The notes beneath the pieces are model-generated. The model did no database searches. It was not told where the DNA came from and saw only the letters and a list, made by a program, of their open reading frames with translations. The position numbers and the translations under genes are program-made. A stretch of 32,000 bases of DNA from Pyrodictium delaneyi (lineage in GTDB: Archaea; Thermoproteota; Thermoprotei_A; Sulfolobales; Pyrodictiaceae): positions 1,800,001-1,832,000 of the forward strand of contig NZ_CP013011.1 of the NCBI RefSeq assembly GCF_001412615.1, written 5' to 3'. This document shows positions 8,480 to 15,171 of this stretch, in pieces (position 1 is the first letter of the stretch; each line of letters begins with the position of its first letter).

Positions 8480-9385
8480 GTGCCAGCGAGAAACCTGGCG
8501 GGAATCCTTGTGTTTATAGCAGTCTCGTTCGGCTTCGCCTACGCTATCGACTTCCTCGTCATTCTACCCCATGCAGGGGATAGGGTTGTGTTTGCTCTTG
8601 CAGCGGCTTCCCGTATGTATACACCCCTCGCTGGCGCCGTGGTGGCTCTACTCTACGAGGGCTATAGGGTCCGGGAGGGTCTCCGCAGTATAGGCCTACG
8701 GAGAGGCCGCGCTGGCGTAGTAGCGGCGTCCGTGCTTGTACCCCTCGCCGCCTATGGAGTGGCGGTGTTGGCTAGCTTGCTTCTAGGGCTCCGGCTTAGA
8801 AGCCTCGGGGAGACTATGGAGCTGCTCCTCGGTGTTGGTGCAGAGCTTCCTCTACCAGCTCCCCTCCTACTAGTGCTATTACTCCTCCAGGCTATTGTGG
8901 TTGGCACCACGGTGAATGCTCTGCTCGCGCTGGGCGAGGAGGCTGGGTGGCGGGGATACCTCCTGGCCCGGCTCAGCCCTTGGCTAGGGTTCACCTGGGC
9001 CTCGGTGCTGGCTGGCCTTGTCTGGGGGCTCTGGCACGCCCCACTGGTAGTCCTCATAGGGTACAACTATAGTGGCATAACCGGGCTGACTCCTCTCCTA
9101 GCATTCCTAGCATTTACGGTATCCGGCAGCCTCGTGCTCGCTATGCTCCGGGCACTCTCCGGCACGGTGATAGCCCCGGCTGTGGCGCACGGTGTGGTGA
9201 ACGCTGTAGCGGGCTTCGCCTACGCCGCGGTTGAGGGGAGTCCATTGATCGCGCCGCCAGCGGGGCTAGCGGCGTCACTAGGCTTCCTAGCAGTGGCCGC
9301 GGCAGTCACCCTATACGCGAGGCAACGCGGTTACAAGCTAGCCCTAGACGAGAATCCTGTGGATGAGCCTCCAGAAGTATATTGA
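8480..9385 (+). CDS. CPBP-family intramembrane glutamic endopeptidase (CAAX protease/Abi family)
   Basis: 301-aa polytopic membrane ORF with all three CPBP motifs: EEAGWR (EExxxR), WGLWH (aromatic-xxxH) and HGVVN (HxxxN). The GTG start lies 1 nt after the ybjQ stop and is preceded by AAGGAGGTG (8464-8472). Confidence 0.85.
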   Translation: MPARNLAGILVFIAVSFGFAYAIDFLVILPHAGDRVVFALAAASRMYTPLAGAVVALLYEGYRVREGLRSIGLRRGRAGVVAASVLVPLAAYGVAVLASLLLGLRLRSLGETMELLLGVGAELPLPAPLLLVLLLLQAIVVGTTVNALLALGEEAGWRGYLLARLSPWLGFTWASVLAGLVWGLWHAPLVVLIGYNYSGITGLTPLLAFLAFTVSGSLVLAMLRALSGTVIAPAVAHGVVNAVAGFAYAAVEGSPLIAPPAGLAASLGFLAVAAAVTLYARQRGYKLALDENPVDEPPEVY

Positions 9386-9786
9386 GAAGGGATTCCGCGG
9401 GATGCGGGCGTGGGCTGGTGCTGAGCGTGGAGAAGGCTGTTGATAAGCTGCTTCGCGACTTGAGGGTGGGGCTCTACAGCATTGTAGTGCTCGACCTCCT
9501 AGTCCGTCGTGGCTCCCTGTATGGTTATGCTATCCGCCGGTACCTGGAAGAAGCAGCGCCGGGGATAGCGCCCAGCGAGAGCACGATATATGATGTGCTA
9601 AAGAGGCTTGAGAAGCTTGGACTTCTCGAGAGTTATTGGGCACGAGGCCCTGCAGGCACTATGAGGAAGTACTACCGTACTAGGCCTGGTGTCGAAGAAG
9701 TGCTCTACAAGCTAGTCATGCAGCTTAGACAATTATTGGGGAACATAATATGTGACGTTGGGGGCCGAGATAATGAAAATGGATGA
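9382..9786 (+). CDS. PadR-family transcriptional regulator
   Basis: Winged-helix PadR signature (VVLDLLVRRGSLYGYAIRRYLEE...STIYDVLKRLEKLGLLESYW...RKYYRTRPG). The TTG start overlaps the CPBP stop (ATTGA). The real start may be a downstream GTG around 9418-9427. Confidence 0.8.
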   Translation: MRRDSAGCGRGLVLSVEKAVDKLLRDLRVGLYSIVVLDLLVRRGSLYGYAIRRYLEEAAPGIAPSESTIYDVLKRLEKLGLLESYWARGPAGTMRKYYRTRPGVEEVLYKLVMQLRQLLGNIICDVGGRDNENG

Positions 9787-10519
9787 ACCACTAGTTGTTT
9801 CTACCATGCTGACTCTTGTAGGGCTACTTGTGGCTCTTGCTGCTGAGAAACTACCTCCAAATCCATTACTAGGCTTTCGCATAGGCTACACGTTCGTCTC
9901 GCGGAGAACATGGACTCAGGCCAATCGAGTAGCAGGACTAGCTATGGCAGCACTAGGGCTTCTAGCCACGGGGGCCTCTATGATTGACCCCCCATGGGGC
10001 ATACTAGTGCTCAATATTAGTCTGCCAATGTTGTTAGTAGCTCTGGTAGAATATGCGGAAAGACTCGCTGAGAAACAGCTTATAGCCGAGCCCCTAACTC
10101 CAGGTGAAGGAAGCGGCGAGCCCCTAAAACCCCTGGGTCTCGCGAGGATAACATTACCGGTAGCAATAATAATAGCTATCGTATATATGATCGTAGTTCT
10201 AAGACTAGATCGTATATATGCACTGCAGCAGCTCGTAAATCAAGCCGCATTTCTGGGTATCCACACACTAACCCTATATTCATCGTACCTAGGTATCCGA
10301 AGGCCTGAAGCATTTCATGTACCATGGCTCACCCTCTCTGAAAATCGGAGGGTAGCTTCTGCGATAATAATATCGTTGCTACTTGTTTCTGCTTATGTGG
10401 CATTGTCAACCATAAGCTGCTTTACTAGAATTGCTGAGATCTTAAAAATAGCCGGGATAACTCTAGCAGCCTGTGCAACAAGCTTCACAGTAATGGTATA
10501 TTTGTGTAGACGCAATTAA
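9752..10519 (+). CDS. SdpI/YhfL-like integral membrane protein (two SdpI-like repeats)
   Basis: Polytopic membrane ORF with the SdpI-type motif NPLLGFRIGYTFVSRRTWTQANRVAG and a second degenerate copy LGIRRPEAFHVPWLTLSENRRVAS. It overlaps the PadR 3' end. The alternative start ATG 9773 (MKMDEPL) is more likely. Confidence 0.55.
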   Translation: MTLGAEIMKMDEPLVVSTMLTLVGLLVALAAEKLPPNPLLGFRIGYTFVSRRTWTQANRVAGLAMAALGLLATGASMIDPPWGILVLNISLPMLLVALVEYAERLAEKQLIAEPLTPGEGSGEPLKPLGLARITLPVAIIIAIVYMIVVLRLDRIYALQQLVNQAAFLGIHTLTLYSSYLGIRRPEAFHVPWLTLSENRRVASAIIISLLLVSAYVALSTISCFTRIAEILKIAGITLAACATSFTVMVYLCRRN

Positions 10520-10594
10520 TCTTGGGCCCGCCTATTCTTAGGGGAATATGCTTTAGCCCCTCCGGGGCCTAGATACATATGGTGTACCGGCTCC

Positions 10595-11053
10595 TTGGTG
10601 TACTCCTGCATCCTTGTAGGCTACGACGGAAGCGAGGCCAGTCGTCTCGCGATCGAGAAGGCTGTAGGCCTAGCCAGGCGCCTAGGCGCCAAACTAGTCA
10701 TAGCCACTGTAGTGCCGCCGCCTACTGTGTTCCTCGGCGAACTACTCATCCCCGAAGTCACAGAGCTTAGCGAGATCGAGAAACCAGCCAGAGAGCGCCT
10801 CGGGAAACTCGTCAAAGAGATACGTGAGGCAGCCGGTCTAGAGAACGTTGAGTCAGCCCTCCTCGTCGGCGACCCTGCTGAGGAGCTAGTAAACTTCGCC
10901 GAGGCTAGCGGCTGCGACTTGATAGTAGTGGGGCGTCGGGGCCGCGGCGGCCTAGAGAGACTGATACTAGGCAGCGTGTCCAGCAAGATAGTCTCGATTA
11001 GCCACTGCGTGGACGTGCTAGTAGTCGAGTCTAGCTCGGCCAAGAAGAACTAA
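10595..11053 (+). CDS. uspA: universal stress protein (UspA family)
   Basis: 152 aa with ILVGYDGSEAS at the N-terminus and the ATP-binding motif G-x2-G-x9-GS (GRRGRGGLERLILGSVSS). Confidence 0.85.
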   Translation: MVYSCILVGYDGSEASRLAIEKAVGLARRLGAKLVIATVVPPPTVFLGELLIPEVTELSEIEKPARERLGKLVKEIREAAGLENVESALLVGDPAEELVNFAEASGCDLIVVGRRGRGGLERLILGSVSSKIVSISHCVDVLVVESSSAKKN

Positions 11054-11060
11054 AGTCTTG

Positions 11061-12173
11061 TCAGCTCTGACAGGGTGGGTGAAGAGACAGTATTACAGGT
11101 ACAGTTATTACAGCATGGCTATCCGGCATTAAGGGTTTATTTTCCACGAGCGCTACATGGATACTTGTTTCCTCCGGCACATCAACGTAGCATGCATCGC
11201 TTTCTATGACTTCGAGTACAGCCATGTAGAACTCTATGGGCTTTCTGCCAACACCCCAGATGAGGCTATACAGCTCTCTATCTAGGTCTACCGTAATGCT
11301 CGCAGAATGATTATTTATGAAGGACCTAGCTTTGGCTGCCTTTAATGTAGCTGAGAAGTTGAGACCTACTGGGGATTCGTAGACTATAGTAGCTCCTCTT
11401 ACCCCTACTTCTATGTATTTCCAGGGCGCTATGTGCATCAATTTTGCTGTATCAATATACTGTTCTGGGAGCTGCAGGGATAACCTAATCCTGTCGATCT
11501 CCCAGTGGTACCCATAGGCTGCACCGGGCTCGATACGTGCTACTGTGATAATGTAGTAGTAGATGTCTTCGCTATTGGCATGCACGCTATAGACATAGTA
11601 TCTAATAGTGACACGCGCCATAGGTAGATACTTAGGCCCAGTGTCTATTACAGCAATTGCTTCCAAGCAAATCTTTTCGACATTTAACGGTAGACTTCTC
11701 TCATCAACATTTTTTCCTATCTCTAGCTTCTCTATCCATTTACGTGCCTCAATACATCTAGGCATCGATCTGGCTTTGACAAGTTCCTTGAGAGTCTCTG
11801 CATAGAGTCTTCGTTCATCAAAGTTCTCTATTGTCGTAGCATAGACTAGTAGTCCGTTCTTCTCCTCCGGGTAGGCCAGAGACATAGCATAGACGTAGTA
11901 GTCAAGAATTACAACATCTAGTGGCACAATGTTGCGAAATATCGGGTTCTCTCTTAGTGACTTCATATCCTCGCTATCAGCTACTAGTATGTCGCCATTG
12001 AGGAGCTTGAATACAGCAGTGCTAGGTTCCACAGCCGGTGGGACAGTGGTATTGGTATGCCGAGTGACAGGAATCTCTAAGGCATAATAGTTGCTGCTAC
12101 TCGTTACAGCAATATATATTGCTGTGACTAGCAATACTGCCAACAACATTCTTATGATTAAACTGGTGGACAA
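11061..12173 (-). CDS. hypothetical membrane-anchored or secreted protein (orphan, A+T-rich gene)
   Basis: 370-aa ORF with an N-terminal signal anchor (LIIRMLLAVLLVTAIYIAV), rich in Tyr/Ile/Asn. I recognise no domain. Composition is visibly more A+T-rich than the neighbours. TTG start is preceded by GGAGAGGTG and a CTTATAG TATA-like box. Confidence 0.6.
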   Translation of the reverse strand: MSTSLIIRMLLAVLLVTAIYIAVTSSSNYYALEIPVTRHTNTTVPPAVEPSTAVFKLLNGDILVADSEDMKSLRENPIFRNIVPLDVVILDYYVYAMSLAYPEEKNGLLVYATTIENFDERRLYAETLKELVKARSMPRCIEARKWIEKLEIGKNVDERSLPLNVEKICLEAIAVIDTGPKYLPMARVTIRYYVYSVHANSEDIYYYIITVARIEPGAAYGYHWEIDRIRLSLQLPEQYIDTAKLMHIAPWKYIEVGVRGATIVYESPVGLNFSATLKAAKARSFINNHSASITVDLDRELYSLIWGVGRKPIEFYMAVLEVIESDACYVDVPEETSIHVALVENKPLMPDSHAVITVPVILSLHPPCQS

Positions 12174-12313
12174 TGGAGAGACACCTCTCCTATAAGTAGA
12201 CTAGAGCAGAGTCTTCTCGTAATACTGTTTCGGAGAGAGAACAAGAGGCATAACTAATATTACGAAAAGCGAGATGCTAACTTACGTAAAACATCATATA
12301 AGCAAATTAATTG

Positions 12314-12332
12314 TTTAAATTGAATATAAATA
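12314..12332 (+). promoter_or_regulatory. TATA-box-like elements (TTTAAAT, ATATAAATA) in a strongly A+T-rich block
   Basis: The sequence ttgTTTAAATtgaATATAAATAtactg sits directly upstream of the GC-rich, ORF-free segment 12355-12609. Orientation and usage are not determinable from sequence alone. Confidence 0.35.
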
Positions 12333-12354
12333 TACTGTGGTGATTGTTTGGTTT

Positions 12355-12609
12355 TGGGGGCTGATGAAGTGAAAAGCATGTTTTTACAAACCCCTGGCTG
12401 GAGTTAAGCCAGGAGAGTGGGCGGTTACGGGGCAAACGTGGCAGTGAAGAAATGGCTTAGTGCCGAGGCCCCTCTAGGGGCCGGTGGCGTGAAGCGGTCG
12501 GCCCTGAGCCCTCAGAGGGTTCCTCCTAGATTAGCTTAGGAGCATCCTGGCTTAGATGCCGACGGGTAGGCTTCACAAGCATCTCCGCGAGCGTGTGGGG
12601 CTCTAGGCA
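12355..12609 (+). ncRNA. candidate structured non-coding RNA or long 5' leader of the Cas4-like gene
   Basis: About 250 nt with no ORF of 60 aa or more. Perfect hairpins: CCTGGCT-N7-AGCCAGG (12393-12413), GGCCCC-TCTA-GGGGCC (12467-12482) and CTCCTA-N8-TAGGAG (about 12523-12542). GCATC/GATGC/GCATC segments could form mutually exclusive pairings (12542-12583). A 14/15-nt direct repeat TGGCTTAG(A)TGCCGA occurs at 12453-12466 and 12548-12562. Confidence 0.3.
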
Positions 12610-13500
12610 ATGATATGCACAGACGAGGCTCTAGTGCTGGTGGGTAGGCTTGCCCGGGAGGCCGGGCCGCCAGTGGTAGCTGCTAGTAGCCTCGGCTCAT
12701 GGCACTGGTGCAGCATCAAGGCGTGGCACAGTACGAGCCTCTTCAACGCCGGGTGGCTCACCCCCGAGGTGCTCACCCACGATGCCTGGAGGGGGCTTGC
12801 TCTCCTCTGGGCTGCGGAGTTCTCTAAGAACAGCTTCATCCGGGTGATAAGGGGCCGGCTCCTCCACGGCGAGGATCCCCGGGAAGCGATAGGTGACGCG
12901 CTCCAGGGTGCAGAGCTGGCCCGGAGGCTAGCCCAGGGAGGGGCCGGGGAGCTAGAGAGGCTCCACCGGGAGGGAGTAGTCCCGGTTCTCGGGCTCATAG
13001 ATCCCGCCGCTTATGGTGAACAGTTCCGCCGCTATATGGAGGCAGAGGACCCGGTTGAGTACTACCGGCGGGAGGAGTGGCCGCTCATAGCTCGCCAGCC
13101 CCGTGGTCGGGGCTACACGGTGATAGGTGTACCAGACCAGCTAGAGTGGAGCCCTGCCGGCCTAAGAGTGGTGGAGGTGAAGACTACATCCCGGCCTTGG
13201 CTGATGCGTCGCCGTCAGCGCGGGTACCGGGCAGCCCGGACCCAGCTAGCGGCCTATACTTGGATTCTCTCTGAGCGCTGGCCCGTCGAGGAAGCAGTAC
13301 TCCTCGTTCGCGACGCCTCCGGAGCTACTGTGTTGCGGGAGCGTTTCGACCCAGAGGAGCTGGCAGCTTGGTTTGAGGACGATGTGCTTCCCGAGATAGG
13401 TGATCAATTAGCGGCACCACAGCCCCCAAGCAAGCCGCCAAGACCTCCCTGCCGGAGCTGTGAGTACGGTGACCGCCACCCAGTCCGGAACAATATCTAG
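12610..13500 (+). CDS. Cas4-like PD-(D/E)XK nuclease (RecB/AddB-type Fe-S staple family), orphan
   Basis: 296 aa with ordered Cas4/DUF83 motifs: N-terminal Cys (SLGSWHWCSIKAW), GRLLHGE, IGVPDQLEW (D), VVEVKTT (ExK), TQLAAYTWIL (QxxxY), and C-terminal CRSCEYGDRH (CX2CX5H). There is no cas1/cas2 or CRISPR array in the window. Confidence 0.7.
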   Translation: MICTDEALVLVGRLAREAGPPVVAASSLGSWHWCSIKAWHSTSLFNAGWLTPEVLTHDAWRGLALLWAAEFSKNSFIRVIRGRLLHGEDPREAIGDALQGAELARRLAQGGAGELERLHREGVVPVLGLIDPAAYGEQFRRYMEAEDPVEYYRREEWPLIARQPRGRGYTVIGVPDQLEWSPAGLRVVEVKTTSRPWLMRRRQRGYRAARTQLAAYTWILSERWPVEEAVLLVRDASGATVLRERFDPEELAAWFEDDVLPEIGDQLAAPQPPSKPPRPPCRSCEYGDRHPVRNNI

Positions 13501-13631
13501 TCTTCATAGTCTAACGGCGAAGCGGCCAGTGTATAAAGAGTTCAATATCCTGCCATGCGTGCTAGTAGCTGAGATAGGCTTTGTAGTGTGCAGCCATGTT
13601 TTAAGCTAGAGGGGCTTTCTACCCTATTATA

Positions 13632-14246
13632 TTGGGCTCTGCGTTGACTGAAGGAGTTAAGCTGCCCAAGAAGCTTCTCGAAAACCTCGACCCCGGCGAA
13701 GAGGTCGTAAAGGCGGTTCGGAAGCGGCCTGCACTGGAAAAGCCTAAGTGGCTTGTCGTGACGGACCGTAGGATAATCATATTCGATGAGAAGATCCTCG
13801 GCCGCTACGAGATGACAGCTATACCATACGAGAAGCTGAAGCAGGTATACCTCCGTAGCGGTGTATGGCGCTCCGAGTTCAAGATCGAGACCGAGGAGGG
13901 GGAGACGATAGAACTCCCCTGGATGGACAAGGAGGCGGCTAGGGAGGCTATGCTCGCGATAAAGGAGGCGCTGCAGCGGATAAGCGTCGAGCCACCGACT
14001 ATTGTGAGGCGGAAACACCTAGCCTCTGAGGAATGGATCCTCAATAAGCCCAAGGAGCAGATAACGCGGAGCATTGTAGCACGCCAATCGCCAGCCCAGC
14101 CCGTAGCCCAGCAAGCGGCCAGAGAGGACCCACTCGATAAGCTTGAGAAGCTGAAGAAACTGCTCGACGAGGGCGCTATAACCCAGGAGGAGTACGAGGC
14201 TCTGCGCAAGAAGATACTGGAGGAAATCCTCGGCGGGAAGAAGTAG
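13632..14246 (+). CDS. bacterial-type PH domain (YokE/bPH-like) protein with a C-terminal SHOCT domain
   Basis: The N-terminal half matches the bPH pattern (LDPGEEVVKAV...WLVVTDRRIIIFDEK...IPYEKLKQVYL...FKIETEEGETIEL). The C-terminus is a textbook SHOCT (DPLDKLEKLKKLLDEGAITQEEYEALRKKILEEI). Start is TTG 13632 or TTG 13644. Confidence 0.75.
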   Translation: MGSALTEGVKLPKKLLENLDPGEEVVKAVRKRPALEKPKWLVVTDRRIIIFDEKILGRYEMTAIPYEKLKQVYLRSGVWRSEFKIETEEGETIELPWMDKEAAREAMLAIKEALQRISVEPPTIVRRKHLASEEWILNKPKEQITRSIVARQSPAQPVAQQAAREDPLDKLEKLKKLLDEGAITQEEYEALRKKILEEILGGKK

Positions 14247-14247
14247 T

Positions 14248-14262
14248 GCCCCGCAAAGGGGC
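14248..14262 (+). terminator. hairpin GCCCC-GCAAA-GGGGC immediately after the PH-SHOCT stop codon
   Basis: A perfect 5-bp GC stem with a 5-nt loop starts 2 nt after TAG (14244-14246). The function as a terminator or stabiliser is inferred only. Confidence 0.3.
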
Positions 14263-14315
14263 CCGAGAAGGTGGAGATCTACTTCTATGCTTTGGTTCCC
14301 CTCGGGCTTTGGCCT

Positions 14316-14320
14316 AAAAA
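14316..14320 (-). terminator. oligo-T tract (T5 on the minus strand) downstream of the RHH gene
   Basis: The minus strand reads CCCAGTTTTTAGGCC about 40 nt after the stop of 14359..14532. Archaeal intrinsic termination typically uses oligo-T runs. Confidence 0.4.
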
Positions 14321-14358
14321 CTGGGTATGAGTGTGTCCTGCTCCTCTACTACCTGGCC

Positions 14359-14532
14359 TTAGCTTAGCAGCCTCACTATCTTCGGCTGGGGCTGTACCTT
14401 GTAGTCTTCCAGCCTTAGGTACAGCTCTATGGCCTTCCTTATTATCTCGCTCCTTGTCACGCCCTTTAGGCGTGCAAAGCTGTCTAGCTTTTCGAGCAGG
14501 TCTTCATCCACCTTGAAGGTTACGACTCGCAT
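14359..14532 (-). CDS. ribbon-helix-helix (CopG/Arc/MetJ-type) DNA-binding protein
   Basis: 57 aa starting from the ATG ([39 protein letters not shown]), showing a beta-strand/helix/helix RHH pattern. The track ORF start at 14550 is an upstream TTG extension lying within the C-rich repeat. Confidence 0.75.
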   Translation of the reverse strand: MRVVTFKVDEDLLEKLDSFARLKGVTRSEIIRKAIELYLRLEDYKVQPQPKIVRLLS

Positions 14533-14533
14533 A

Positions 14534-14558
14534 CCTGGGACCGCCCCCAACCCCCACC
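14534..14558. repeat. C-rich direct repeat, copy 1 (CCTGGGACCGCCCCCAACCCCCACC)
   Basis: It shares an identical 21-mer CCTGGGACCGCCCCCAACCCC with 15139-15159 and an identical 19-mer ACCGCCCCCAACCCCCACC with 15089-15107. It abuts the ATG of the minus-strand RHH gene. Confidence 0.95.
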
Positions 14559-14651
14559 AGGCTTCTCTCTAGTAGCCAGCCTACAGTAGAAGATTACCGT
14601 GGCGAGTATTACTGGAGAACTCTTACAAGAGCCAGACAGGGCGCGTTCCGC

Positions 14652-14658
14652 TTAAATA
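14652..14658 (+). promoter_or_regulatory. TATA-box-like element TTAAATA upstream of the RHH/coiled-coil gene
   Basis: cTTAAATAg lies about 38 nt upstream of the GTG start at 14696, in the divergent intergenic region. Confidence 0.4.
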
Positions 14659-14695
14659 GAGGACTCTTTGACTGAGTGTACACGGGGCCGAGACA

Positions 14696-15058
14696 GTGCC
14701 TACAGTACACCTGTCACTGCCAGAGGCGGTTTACAGCGAGCTCAAGGAATATGCCAGCGAGATGGGGATACAGATAACAGACTTGATTAAAATGATGATC
14801 AAGGAGGGCCTAGATAAGTACCGTAAGGAGCGGGCTGAGAGGAAGCGTCGTCAGCAGGAGGAGGTAACACAGGCGCTGCTACAGGTGCTACACGAGCTGG
14901 AGGAGCTGCGCCGCGAGTTCCAGGAGTACAGGGCCTATGTCGAGGGCGAGCTGTACAGACTAAACAGCAGCATCCACGGCCTCAAGCGCCGTGTATCCAA
15001 GCTCGAAGACATGGTTGAGGAGCGTCTCATACCCGTAGAGGCGGAGATAGTCCCCTAG
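14696..15058 (+). CDS. hypothetical DNA-binding protein: N-terminal RHH-like fold plus a charged coiled coil
   Basis: 120 aa. VHLSLPEAVYSELKEYASEMGIQITDLIKMMIKEGL fits the strand-helix-helix RHH pattern. The remainder is a Glu/Arg/Lys/Leu-rich heptad-like coiled coil. GTG start. Confidence 0.6.
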   Translation: MPTVHLSLPEAVYSELKEYASEMGIQITDLIKMMIKEGLDKYRKERAERKRRQQEEVTQALLQVLHELEELRREFQEYRAYVEGELYRLNSSIHGLKRRVSKLEDMVEERLIPVEAEIVP

Positions 15059-15088
15059 CCCCGGATAACCCGTGTCACGCTCACCCAC

Positions 15089-15107
15089 ACCGCCCCCAAC
15101 CCCCACC
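15089..15107. repeat. C-rich direct repeat, copy 2 (ACCGCCCCCAACCCCCACC)
   Basis: Identical 19-mer to 14540-14558, located 31 nt after the stop of 14696..15058. Confidence 0.95.
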
Positions 15108-15138
15108 GTGTAACGTACGCTCTTACCCCCAGTCCCTG

Positions 15139-15171
15139 CCTGGGACCGCCCCCAACCCCGCCCCTACCCCC
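15139..15171. repeat. C-rich direct repeat, copy 3, extended into a canonical G-quadruplex/i-motif tract
   Basis: CCTGGGACCGCCCCCAACCCCGCCCCTACCCCC. The minus strand reads GGGGG-TA-GGGG-C-GGGG-TT-GGGGG, i.e. four G-runs of 4 or more with 1-2 nt loops. Confidence 0.95.

Noticed and set aside
12361-12368. CTGATGA at the start of the ORF-free segment resembles a C box of a C/D-box sRNA.
   Set aside because: No D box (CTGA) or C'/D' boxes occur at the 50-70-nt spacing expected for archaeal C/D sRNAs. The next CTGA is about 140 nt away (12503-12506).
12355-12609. The GC-rich ORF-free segments at 12355-12609 and 21654-21830 might be SRP RNA or RNase P RNA.
   Set aside because: Both are too short, and I found none of the conserved cores I remember, such as the SRP helix-8 CCGGAAGG...AGCA type or the RNase P GAGGAAAGTCC type.
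14534-15159. The 21-nt direct repeats could be attL/attR of an integrated mobile element.
   Set aside because: This reading is not accepted as the primary interpretation. The bracketed segment is only about 600 bp, encodes no integrase, and the repeat is not tRNA-derived. It is kept as one hypothesis under the repeat finding.
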